Assembly: GCA_017507765.1 (NCBI GenBank)
Contig: JAFWAG010000001.1
Coordinates: 7,013-71,012, forward strand
Reading direction: 5' to 3'
DNA length: 64,000 bases
Origin: Alphaproteobacteria bacterium
GTDB lineage: Bacteria > Pseudomonadota > Alphaproteobacteria > CACZRW01
Within the stretch, counting starts at the first letter, position 1. Each line of letters opens with the position of its first letter. A program made the position numbers and the translations under genes. Below are positions 33,715 to 42,565 of the stretch, piece by piece. The notes beneath the pieces were generated by a model. The model saw only the letters and a program-made list of their open reading frames with translations. It did not search any database and was not told the DNA's origin.

Positions 33715-35553
33715 ATGTCCAGAGTTCCCACGTTAGCATCTAATCAGTCTTTTGTAACCCGTATGTTACAACAGCAGACTTCTTTGTATAAAGCTCAGTA
33801 CAGTGCGACAACGTATAAAAAGTCCCAAAACTATAGCGGTATCGCCAGTGATTCATATCGCCTGTTAAACTTAAAAAGCGAAAAGGCGACTTTGGAAGCT
33901 CAGGTTTCTTGTAACCAATCGCTAAGCACCAGAATTCAGACTATGTCTAATTCCATAGATGCCGTCAAAAGCGCAATTACATCTTTTCGAAGCACTTTAA
34001 GAGACTTTTCCGCCAATGACTTGTCGGCTTATGTAAGCGGAAATATGGATGCCGACAAACAAAACGAAATCGATAAAGTGCAACAGCTTGCTTTCGATAC
34101 CATGAAGCAAATTGAATATTATCTGAACACCAAAATTGATGACCGTTATTTGTTCGGAGGAGGAAGCGTATATGAGTCTCCGGTAACCATTCCTTTCGGC
34201 ACTTTGGAAGAGTTCCAAGAATATTATGACGGACAGATGGTTACTTATGCCGAGTCTCGTTCTTCCAACTTGGTAACATATCAAACATCGCCAAACAAAA
34301 CCGGCGGCGTATCTTTGCAAAAGCTGATGACTACCGTGGAAGGAACGGCGGCAGGTACAATGACTATCGCCGATGGGAACTCTTTGATTGCCGGAAATGC
34401 CGGAACTTTCTCTGACTTAGAGGTCGGAATGGAAGTTACGGTTAAGGGTATCGACGGAACTGATTTTGTATCAAAGGTTAAATCCATATCAGCTGACGGT
34501 TCGGTAATCGTATTTGAAGACGACTTGCCGGCTACGGCGACGGTTCCCGCTGATTTAGCAGATTTACAGATTGTTCAAGACCAAAAACTCGGCACCATTT
34601 CCAGTGTCAATACCGACGGTTTCATTGTGGATAATATCCAAGGTTCGGATACTTCCACCGGAGACTTTGCCTTTGATGCGACAAGAAACCAAATGAGCGT
34701 GCCGATAAACGGTGCTTTTTCCAAGCTTACAGCCGGTTCGACAATACTTATCACCGGAACGGGAGCAAATGACGGTATCAAATATGTCGAAAGCGTATCG
34801 GCAGACGGAAGAACCGTTACTTTTTCCGATGAAACTCCGGTTGTAAATGACCCGACTTATGTCGCAACTTCAAATGTAAACATCGGGATTTCTTTTCCAG
34901 TCGGTTCGACTATCAATATGGAAAATGTTAACCCGAGTTATGACGGGCCTTATACCATTGTCGGAATCAGTGATGACGGACAGTCGCTTATCGTCAGAAC
35001 CGATAAGTTTCCGGATACGGAAGTAACTTTTGATGACCCTGCGACTTTGCATAAGCAGTCTATCGGCTCTACGTCCTATTACGGCGGAGATTCCTTGAAA
35101 ATCCAGTATAGAGTTGACAGCAACACATCTATTGATATGGGAATTAATGCCGAAGACCCTGCTTTTGAAAAAGCTTTACGGGCGTTGGGAATGATTGCCC
35201 AAGGAAATATGATAGACGAAGAAGGCGTGGATTTGACCCGAGTATATAATCGGGTTACCGAAGCTTTGAACTTACTTGATTCTGCTTTGGAAAACGTCAA
35301 TATGGAGGGAGAAAGCTCCAGCAATATCGCTTTGCTTGAAAACCGCTTGGCAAACAATCTGATTATGTCGGACAATGCTTTGACTAACCAACAGAAAACC
35401 ATTGACCTTTTAACCACAAATATCAGCAATATTGAAGACGTTGATCCTTTGGAAGCGGCTTTGGAGTTAACTGCTGCCAGTGATGCATTGGAAGCTTCGT
35501 ATAGCATCTTGGCAAGCGTAAGCCAGCTATCTTTGCTGAACTACCTTAAATAA
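33715..35553 (+). CDS. flgL: flagellar hook-associated protein 3 FlgL (enlarged)
   Basis: 612 aa with flagellin-like N-terminal (MSRVPTLASNQSFV...) and C-terminal (DPLEAALELTAASDALEASYSILASVSQLSLLNYL) helices. It sits directly after flgK. Confidence 0.8.
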   Translation: MSRVPTLASNQSFVTRMLQQQTSLYKAQYSATTYKKSQNYSGIASDSYRLLNLKSEKATLEAQVSCNQSLSTRIQTMSNSIDAVKSAITSFRSTLRDFSANDLSAYVSGNMDADKQNEIDKVQQLAFDTMKQIEYYLNTKIDDRYLFGGGSVYESPVTIPFGTLEEFQEYYDGQMVTYAESRSSNLVTYQTSPNKTGGVSLQKLMTTVEGTAAGTMTIADGNSLIAGNAGTFSDLEVGMEVTVKGIDGTDFVSKVKSISADGSVIVFEDDLPATATVPADLADLQIVQDQKLGTISSVNTDGFIVDNIQGSDTSTGDFAFDATRNQMSVPINGAFSKLTAGSTILITGTGANDGIKYVESVSADGRTVTFSDETPVVNDPTYVATSNVNIGISFPVGSTINMENVNPSYDGPYTIVGISDDGQSLIVRTDKFPDTEVTFDDPATLHKQSIGSTSYYGGDSLKIQYRVDSNTSIDMGINAEDPAFEKALRALGMIAQGNMIDEEGVDLTRVYNRVTEALNLLDSALENVNMEGESSSNIALLENRLANNLIMSDNALTNQQKTIDLLTTNISNIEDVDPLEAALELTAASDALEASYSILASVSQLSLLNYLK

Positions 35554-35556
35554 AAA

Positions 35557-35590
35557 CTTCCCCGTCAAACAGAAAGTTTAGACGGGGAAA
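35557..35590. terminator. bidirectional hairpin terminator between flgL and the convergent SBP gene
   Basis: TTCCCCGTC (35558-35566) pairs with GACGGGGAA (35581-35589), with inner AAAC/GTTT pairing. There is a T-run on the minus-strand side. Confidence 0.7.
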
Positions 35591-35596
35591 AGTATC

Positions 35597-36559
35597 TTAT
35601 TTTTCCGGATTAGTTACTTGGTTATCCTTTGGTTCCGCTTCCGGCTCTGCTTCTTTGGGCGGAACGTAGAGGGGAATCTCAAGCTTTGGTTCGTCTTGGT
35701 TCGCCTCGGCAAGCTCTTTGTAAACCTTGGCAAGCATTTCGCCTAAGAACGCTTGGTCCTGACTTAAAGCTTTGGCTTTTTCTTTGAACTCATCAAGATA
35801 AACTGAACAGTTTCTGCTTTGAGTCATTAAAAGGAAAAAGCGAGGATACCGAAGAGGTGTCTGCGAAAAATATAAATCTTCCTTTATCTTATACTTATTG
35901 CTGTCGGCAGTCGCCGTATAAAGCCCAATCAAAGCAACATCAGCTTTGCCGGAAAGTAAATCTTGAAACAATGTCTTGGTATCAGGAACCGTACTTAAAG
36001 AAGAACCTGTCGGAAGCGTATATTTAAAAAGTTCGTCAACATTGTCTCTTTTAAGCGAAACTATCTTCATATCCCGAAGCTGATTTATGTCGGTAATAAC
36101 CCTTCCCTTGCCTTTGGCAAAAACGGCAACTATCGGATTGCCCATGTAAGAAGGATATAAAAAGCCTTTACTTAGGCTCTTATTATTTACATAGGCTGTA
36201 CCAACGGCAATATCCGCCTTTTCGGCAAGGACAAGGCTGTGCAGTTCTTCTTGCGAGTCTACGGCAATAATCCGGATTCTTTTTATCGACGTACCTTCAA
36301 TAAGCTTCATGACAAATTCAAAATCAAGACCATGTAGCTGATTCCTGATTTCTCCGTCTTTGTCTCTGCGCTTGGTTATCCAAGAAAACGGCACGTTGTC
36401 CTTTAATGCCGCAATTTGAAAGGTAAAATTACCCTGACCGCATTGGTCTCTTTTCATACGCAAAGCTTTTTCTTCGTCCTTGGCAAATGCCGGTAAAGAA
36501 AAGGCAAAAATAAACAGAAAAACTATCGGAAAAAATATAGAAAAAGGCAATTTATTCAT
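35597..36559 (-). CDS. periplasmic solute-binding protein, family 3 (amino-acid ABC-type SBP-like)
   Basis: 320 aa with a signal peptide, the periodic features of an SBP_bac_3-like fold (ADIAVG, KADVALIG) and a Pro/Glu-rich C-terminal tail. No permease or ATPase gene is adjacent. Confidence 0.65.
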   Translation of the reverse strand: MNKLPFSIFFPIVFLFIFAFSLPAFAKDEEKALRMKRDQCGQGNFTFQIAALKDNVPFSWITKRRDKDGEIRNQLHGLDFEFVMKLIEGTSIKRIRIIAVDSQEELHSLVLAEKADIAVGTAYVNNKSLSKGFLYPSYMGNPIVAVFAKGKGRVITDINQLRDMKIVSLKRDNVDELFKYTLPTGSSLSTVPDTKTLFQDLLSGKADVALIGLYTATADSNKYKIKEDLYFSQTPLRYPRFFLLMTQSRNCSVYLDEFKEKAKALSQDQAFLGEMLAKVYKELAEANQDEPKLEIPLYVPPKEAEPEAEPKDNQVTNPEK

Positions 36560-36660
36560 TTAAAGCACCTTATTTTTGGTGTATCATTAACTATATGTTA
36601 GTTTACCAAAGTTACATTTTTTGAAAAGCAACTATTTTAAAAAACTAAAAGGACTATGCC

Positions 36661-37104
36661 ATGAATGACAATCTTTATAAGAAAGCCGGCGGAACCATAC
36701 TTTCTCAAAGAGAATTGGAAGCTCAGGCGTTAGTTCACATGGCAGCCAAAATAAATGCAATTAAAGAAAATTGGGACGAAAAGAAAGACACCTTGGAAGA
36801 TGTCTTAAATATGAACCGCAAACTGTGGATTATATTCGCTTCCAATTTGGCAGAGCCTGACAATCCTTTGCCGTTAGACTTGAAAAAGAATGTCGGAGCT
36901 TTGGCTTTGTTTATTTTTAAGCATACTTTGAACGTAATTTCCGAACCAAGGCCAGAAGCTCTTGATACCCTGATAAATATCAATATGCAGCTGGCTAAAG
37001 GCTTGGCAACCAAGGTTCCTGACGCTGACGCCGATGCCGAGGCTAAAGAAACTCAAGCTCCGGTCGCTCCTCAAAATATGAAGCCTATGGACATATCTTT
37101 ATAA
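36661..37104 (+). CDS. flaF: flagellar biosynthesis regulator FlaF
   Basis: 147 aa. SQRELEAQALVHMAAKI, MNRKLWIIFASNLAEPDNPLP and FIFKHT are collinear with the FlaF family. Confidence 0.8.
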   Translation: MNDNLYKKAGGTILSQRELEAQALVHMAAKINAIKENWDEKKDTLEDVLNMNRKLWIIFASNLAEPDNPLPLDLKKNVGALALFIFKHTLNVISEPRPEALDTLININMQLAKGLATKVPDADADAEAKETQAPVAPQNMKPMDISL

Positions 37105-37150
37105 GCTTATATCTATATTTTTTAGCTTTTCTGATTCTTTTTATCAAGTT

Positions 37151-37166
37151 TGGCACGTTACTTGCT
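37151..37166 (+). promoter_or_regulatory. sigma-54 (-24/-12) promoter of fliK-flgD-flgE
   Basis: TGGCACGTTACTTGCT is a full match to TGGCACG-N4-TTGCW. The -12 GC lies 40 nt upstream of the fliK ATG. Confidence 0.75.
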
Positions 37167-37204
37167 TCTATGGTAACAGGTAATTTGATGAACAGGATAA
37201 AAAG

Positions 37205-39136
37205 ATGGAAATTAACAATATACTGTCAGGAAATGCTTATGATGCTACTTCTCCGGCAAACGCCGGAAAAACCGAGCTTAAAGCGGCTGATGCTTTTATG
37301 TCCTTATTGAATAATGTGGATATAAAAGGCGCAGATTTCCAATATTCTTTTACTAATATCTTAGACAACCTTACTCCGGTAAGAGAAAAAGCTCCGGAGC
37401 CAGAGGCAAAAAATACCGACCTGCCGGCAAAGCCGAAAGCAAATAAAAAAGCTAAGGCCGAACCGGAACCTAAAGATAACGCTTATGCCGAAAATGCGGC
37501 TCAACCCCAGACGGAAAGCGTAAAGAAAGAAAGTAAAGCAGAAGTTTCCTATACCGCTGCTCCTTCCGAAAACAACTCTGATTATACCCCAACCCCAAAT
37601 GAAACAGAAGTTGGCAAGCCTACCCCAAAATCGCTTCAAACCCCTGAAGCCGGCTTACAAAAGGAAGGAGCAACGGTCCCCTCTTTAAACGCCAAAGACT
37701 TAGAGCTTGATGCCAATGCGGCAAAAAATGCCTCCTTGCAGAACGAAGGGGAAGTATTGGCAGCGAATCAGCCGGAAAACACCAAAGCAATCCTTGAAGA
37801 TGATGTCCAAGTAAAAGCAGAGGTTAAACCGGTTACAACCTCTCCTTTGCTGGAAAAAGAAAAGATTGTTTCGACAGATATGCCGGAAAAGCCAATTGTC
37901 TTATCGGAAGATATAGTTAAGACTTTGCCGGAAACTGCCGATGCGCAAGAAACTTATTTCCCAGAATCGGAAATAAAGGTGGATGCGAATACTCAAGACA
38001 AAACGCTTTTAAACTCCGACAGAATGCCGGAGACCACCTCTTTAAATGTTAAAGCCGAAGAAACTTCGGAACCGGTGGTGGCAAAATCTATTCTGGACAC
38101 TCAAAAGCAACGGCTTGCTTCGCTTATCGGTAAAGATGAAGCAGCTAAGACAGAGGTTAAAGTACAAGTAACTCAAGAAGCCCTTCCAGAACAAAAAACC
38201 GAAACAATCGTGAAAGAAGCGGTTTTGGAAGCTCCGGAAGCCGATACGGTAAAAGTAAATGCGGAAACGTCAGTCCCCGTTAAAAAGGCGGAAGCAGATA
38301 CAAAAGAATATACTTTTGAACGGACGGAAGGTGAAGGTGAAGCTGAAGCGGAAATGCCTTTGCTGAAAACCGAAACGAAAAATACCGCAAAGCCTGTTAA
38401 TTCTACTCTTAACGAAGGACAGTTTTTAAAAGAACAAAATAACCTGAATACGGTTAAGACAACTTCTTTGCTTTCTTCGGGGGCAGAAAATCAGGCTACT
38501 TCTGCGGTGCAAAACTTTACCTCTCAGCTTAAAGCCGGAGCGGTTAAAGCTGAAGCCGTAAACGGTATTGATGCTCAAACGGCAACAAATGCAAAGGCAA
38601 CACCTATGCAGGCAGCCGCTATCGCTGAGAAAGCCGATACTTTAGCAAAGACTGTGAATGCTCAGAAAACGGCTCAGCTTCCAAAGCAGGTACGCCAGAA
38701 TATTATCGACCAGATTAAGGTTGATATAACCAAAGCCGCAAATAAAGAAAACGGCCTTGATAAAATTAAAATCAACCTGAAGCCAAGAGAACTCGGCTCG
38801 ATTGAAGTTAAAATGGAAGTCGGCAATAACGGCCATTTGAAAACTTCCATTACCGCAACCAGACCGGAAACTCTTGATGCTTTGCAAAGAGATGTCAGAG
38901 TTTTGGAACGTGCCTTGGCTGATGCAGGATTTGATATCAAAGATAACTCTTTAAGCTTCCAGCTGAGAGGTGAAAATCAACAGCAGGGACAGCAGCAATT
39001 CGCCGATGATAATCGTCAGGGAACTTTCGCAAATACGGAAGAAAACTTAATCCAAGATAACGAGCCGGAATTGTTTGCCGAAGATGTTATCCGTGAAGAT
39101 GAAAACGGTCTTTATGCCGTTAATATAAAGGTATAG
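37205..39136 (+). CDS. fliK: flagellar hook-length control protein FliK
   Basis: 643 aa with a long Pro/Glu/Lys/Thr-rich ruler region and a C-terminal Flg_hook-type domain (IKINLKPRELGSIEVKMEVGNNGHLKTSITATRPETLDALQRDVRVLERALADAGF). Confidence 0.8.
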   Translation: MEINNILSGNAYDATSPANAGKTELKAADAFMSLLNNVDIKGADFQYSFTNILDNLTPVREKAPEPEAKNTDLPAKPKANKKAKAEPEPKDNAYAENAAQPQTESVKKESKAEVSYTAAPSENNSDYTPTPNETEVGKPTPKSLQTPEAGLQKEGATVPSLNAKDLELDANAAKNASLQNEGEVLAANQPENTKAILEDDVQVKAEVKPVTTSPLLEKEKIVSTDMPEKPIVLSEDIVKTLPETADAQETYFPESEIKVDANTQDKTLLNSDRMPETTSLNVKAEETSEPVVAKSILDTQKQRLASLIGKDEAAKTEVKVQVTQEALPEQKTETIVKEAVLEAPEADTVKVNAETSVPVKKAEADTKEYTFERTEGEGEAEAEMPLLKTETKNTAKPVNSTLNEGQFLKEQNNLNTVKTTSLLSSGAENQATSAVQNFTSQLKAGAVKAEAVNGIDAQTATNAKATPMQAAAIAEKADTLAKTVNAQKTAQLPKQVRQNIIDQIKVDITKAANKENGLDKIKINLKPRELGSIEVKMEVGNNGHLKTSITATRPETLDALQRDVRVLERALADAGFDIKDNSLSFQLRGENQQQGQQQFADDNRQGTFANTEENLIQDNEPELFAEDVIREDENGLYAVNIKV

Positions 39137-39146
39137 GGAGGAGAAA

Positions 39147-39845
39147 ATGAGCGTATACGGAACTGCTTCCACAACTGATGCCGTAACTGTTGCCGCAAGT
39201 ACAAGCGGGAGCCAAACTTCTGCTCAACAGTTAGCATCAAATATGGATACATTCTTAACTTTGCTTGTTGCTCAGCTTAAGAACCAAGATCCTTTAAGCC
39301 CTATGGACTCTGCCGAGTTCACAAACCAACTCGTCCAGTATTCCGAAGTGGAACAAAGCATTACCATGAACAGCAATTTGGAAAAGCTTATCAGCCTTAC
39401 AAATCAGAATACGGCTACGCAAGCTTTGGGATACATGGGTCAAACCGTACAGGCAGATACTTCCTATGTTCCTTTGCAGGAAGGAAAAGCAAAGTTTAAC
39501 TATATTCTGGAAAGCGATGCTCAGACTTGTATGGTTACAATAGCAGATTCAAGCGGAGCGGTCGTTGCAGCCATACCAGCCGAAAAAACCGCCGGAAAAC
39601 ATACCATGGAATGGGACGGAACCGACACAAACGGCAACAAACTTGATGATGGTTCATACAAAATCTCGATAACAGCCTTGTCTGGAGGCGAAACTGTTAA
39701 CTCAACCGTTACCGTATTCGGAAGAGTTACCGGAATTGCCAATGACGGTGAGAGTATCGCTATCGGAATGGGTGATGTAGTTATTGATATGTCCCAGATT
39801 TTAGCAGTTCACGAAACCGTAAAGAAAACCGAAGAAGTAGGTTAG
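39147..39845 (+). CDS. flgD: flagellar hook capping protein FlgD
   Basis: 232 aa. FLTLLVAQLKNQDPLSPMDSAEFTNQLVQYSEVEQ and a C-terminal FlgD Ig-like region. Confidence 0.9.
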   Translation: MSVYGTASTTDAVTVAASTSGSQTSAQQLASNMDTFLTLLVAQLKNQDPLSPMDSAEFTNQLVQYSEVEQSITMNSNLEKLISLTNQNTATQALGYMGQTVQADTSYVPLQEGKAKFNYILESDAQTCMVTIADSSGAVVAAIPAEKTAGKHTMEWDGTDTNGNKLDDGSYKISITALSGGETVNSTVTVFGRVTGIANDGESIAIGMGDVVIDMSQILAVHETVKKTEEVG

Positions 39846-39901
39846 AAATTAAAAAGGCTTGTTCATAAGAATTATGAAACAGCCAAATAAAGGAGGAAAA
39901 A

Positions 39902-42433
39902 ATGAGTTTATATGGTGCATTATATTCGGGAGTTTCAGGATTGGCAGCCCAATCCAGCGCCATGGGGGCGATTTCCGACAACATAAGCAATATCAACACT
40001 ATTGGTTATAAAGGTACCAATAACGCCTTTCAGACTTTGGTTACCAGCCAAACGTCCAAAACCCAGTATTCGGCAGGCGGGGTACAGCATCGTCCTTCGG
40101 CGGCAATTAATGCTCAAGGCTTGTTGTCTTCTTCCTCGTCTTCGACGGATATGGGTATATCCGGAGATGGATATTTTGTGGTTAACCAAAGTGCTAACCC
40201 GGGGAATAACGACATGTGGGCTTATACCCGCGCGGGTTCCTTTGATACCGACGAAAACGGATATTTGAAAAATACCGGCGGATTTTATATGCAAGCATGG
40301 CCGTTAATGGCTTGGGACGGCAATCCTAATGCCGCCACCGTAAAAATCGGCGATGTAACGTATATGAAAGCATATAAAGATGATGCCGGAAATACAGTTT
40401 ATGTAAACGATAATATTATTGATAACAAAAACTTAAAGCCGGTTAATCTTAATACGCTTGGTGGAACGGCTTCTCCGACTATGAACATCAGTTTCGGAGC
40501 GAACCTTCCTTCGTCGGCAGAAATAGGTGATAATCAAAATATTGCCGTATTGATTTATGACTCCCTTGGCAACTCCCACAACATGAACTTCCTTTATGAA
40601 AAAGAAAGTTCTAACTCTTGGGGCGTAGATTTATTGATTCCTGACGGAGCGGCTACGGTAAAAACTTACACCACCAAAGGAGAAGTTTACTCTGCCCGTG
40701 GACAATTAGAGTTTACAGATGTTCCGGCAAACCACAGCATCATTAAGGTTACCAACGGAACCGGAGATGCGGCAAAAACTTATGTATTTGAGTTCTCTAC
40801 CAATGGTACGAATACTTATATTCCGGCCACAGGAGAAGAATTAGTTACCGTAGATATTTCTCCGGCTTCTATCGGTGGTATTCCGGATGTTTTAACTAAA
40901 CTCCAAGAAGCGATGAGCGCAACAATTCCTTGCGGCGACCGCTTCACCGTGGACGATACAACATTAAACATTGAACAATCAAATGCCGGTTCAACCTTGT
41001 CTTTCGACGTCAGCAAGACTTTGGCTGTACGGCAAAAATCTGCTAATGTTGACCCTGTTACAGGTATTCCTTCCGGTACTTTTGAAGTTCCTGAAATTGA
41101 CTGGGGAATTAAAAATGCCGGTCGTATCGACTTCGTAAGTGAAGATGTTAACGATTACCTGAACAAAACTCTGACTATCGATAACAAACTTTATTGCTTT
41201 AACAATACCGGAGACAATACCGTATCAGGTGCAGTAGTTAATATTGATATTACCGACCTGATTAGCGGCGGAACCGTCGACCGTACTAAATTGGTGGAGC
41301 GTTTGGTTTCAAAGCTTAATCTGAACGCTACGGAACCGGAACGCTTTGTGGCAAGCGGAATATCTTTGGAGTTTTCGCAAAGCAATAACGGCCAAACGAT
41401 GACGATAAATGCAACCAACTCATCATCTTTGACCTTTACAAATGCGACCATTTCCGATTACTTCGGCACAACGGTAACTTTGGCTGGCGTTACTTATACC
41501 CTTAAAAACGGTGCGGCAACTGCAGCCCATGAAGTGGATATAAGCGCGGCAACTACGCCAGAACAGGTTGTAAACCTTTTGTACGGCACCATGAAAAACG
41601 AAGGAGCAGATTTTGAACAGTTCCAAATTAACGGAGCCAGCATTATCTCTTCTGCCAGCAACATGGCGGCTGCGACAGGCGGAGCAAATATGACCAAAAC
41701 GGACTATACCGGTATTACCAATGTAACCGGACAGTTTAAACCTTACGGTGATATTTCTCCGATAAACATTGCTTCCGGAGCGACTGATGCCTCTCCTATC
41801 GTGGTAAAGAATGTCTTCTATTACGACGGCAACCCAGAAGGCGAAAGCGGTGCTAAAGCTGCGGCAATCCGTTTTAATCCAGACGGTACTCCGCAAAGCA
41901 ATCTTATCGACAAAATCGGTGTTGAATGGGCAAACGGTGCTTTGGATCAAGATGGTTCCAGCGAAAGATCCAATTTGATAAACTTAGCCACCGGAAGTCT
42001 TAATACTGCGGACGGACTTACTCACCTTGCCGGTTCTTTTGAGTCTAACTATGTTAGCCAAGACGGTGCTAAATACGGAAGTTATGCCGGTGTTACCGTG
42101 GGTGAAGACGGGGTCGTTACCGCGTTGTTTGATAACGGTGAAACCAAAGCAATTGCTATCGTTCCTTTGGCAACCTTTACCAATCCTAACGGAATGTCTT
42201 CTTTGACAGGAAACTCTTGGATTGCTACGGATGCTTCGGGTGCTCCGACTTTAAGAACTCCGGGCGAAGGCGGTTCCGGTGAACTTTCCTCTTATGCTCT
42301 GGAAAGTTCTACCGTAGACTTGGCAACCGAGTTCACAAACATGATTACCACTCAGAGGGCTTACTCCGCAGCGGCAAAAATTATTACCACTGCAGATACC
42401 ATGCTTGATGAACTTATCAACATTAAACGATAA
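39902..42433 (+). CDS. flgE: flagellar hook protein FlgE (enlarged, 843 aa)
   Basis: N-terminal MSLYGALYSGVSGLAAQSSAMGAISDNISNINTIGYK and C-terminal VDLATEFTNMITTQRAYSAAAKIITTADTMLDELINI. The central insert is about 450 aa. Confidence 0.9.
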   Translation: MSLYGALYSGVSGLAAQSSAMGAISDNISNINTIGYKGTNNAFQTLVTSQTSKTQYSAGGVQHRPSAAINAQGLLSSSSSSTDMGISGDGYFVVNQSANPGNNDMWAYTRAGSFDTDENGYLKNTGGFYMQAWPLMAWDGNPNAATVKIGDVTYMKAYKDDAGNTVYVNDNIIDNKNLKPVNLNTLGGTASPTMNISFGANLPSSAEIGDNQNIAVLIYDSLGNSHNMNFLYEKESSNSWGVDLLIPDGAATVKTYTTKGEVYSARGQLEFTDVPANHSIIKVTNGTGDAAKTYVFEFSTNGTNTYIPATGEELVTVDISPASIGGIPDVLTKLQEAMSATIPCGDRFTVDDTTLNIEQSNAGSTLSFDVSKTLAVRQKSANVDPVTGIPSGTFEVPEIDWGIKNAGRIDFVSEDVNDYLNKTLTIDNKLYCFNNTGDNTVSGAVVNIDITDLISGGTVDRTKLVERLVSKLNLNATEPERFVASGISLEFSQSNNGQTMTINATNSSSLTFTNATISDYFGTTVTLAGVTYTLKNGAATAAHEVDISAATTPEQVVNLLYGTMKNEGADFEQFQINGASIISSASNMAAATGGANMTKTDYTGITNVTGQFKPYGDISPINIASGATDASPIVVKNVFYYDGNPEGESGAKAAAIRFNPDGTPQSNLIDKIGVEWANGALDQDGSSERSNLINLATGSLNTADGLTHLAGSFESNYVSQDGAKYGSYAGVTVGEDGVVTALFDNGETKAIAIVPLATFTNPNGMSSLTGNSWIATDASGAPTLRTPGEGGSGELSSYALESSTVDLATEFTNMITTQRAYSAAAKIITTADTMLDELINIKR

Positions 42434-42452
42434 TTGTTATATTGTAACACTA

Positions 42453-42483
42453 AAAACGGTGTCGGCGTCGGCACCGTTTTTTG
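42453..42483 (+). terminator. rho-independent terminator after flgE
   Basis: AAAACGGTGTCG (42453-42464) pairs with CGGCACCGTTTT (42469-42480) around a GCGT loop, then runs into a T-tract. Confidence 0.85.
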
Positions 42484-42520
42484 TATATTTTGCGCCTTTA
42501 AAAATTAAAAGGTCTAAATA

Positions 42521-42565
42521 TGCGACTCTAAGGACTCATTTGTGCGACTCGGAAAGTCGCACAAA
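42521..42565 (+). promoter_or_regulatory. cluster of three GACTC (GANTC) sites plus a perfect palindrome upstream of fliF
   Basis: GACTC at 42524-42528, 42533-42537 and 42546-42550. The palindrome is TTTGTGCGACT-CGGAA-AGTCGCACAAA at 42539-42565. Confidence 0.5.
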
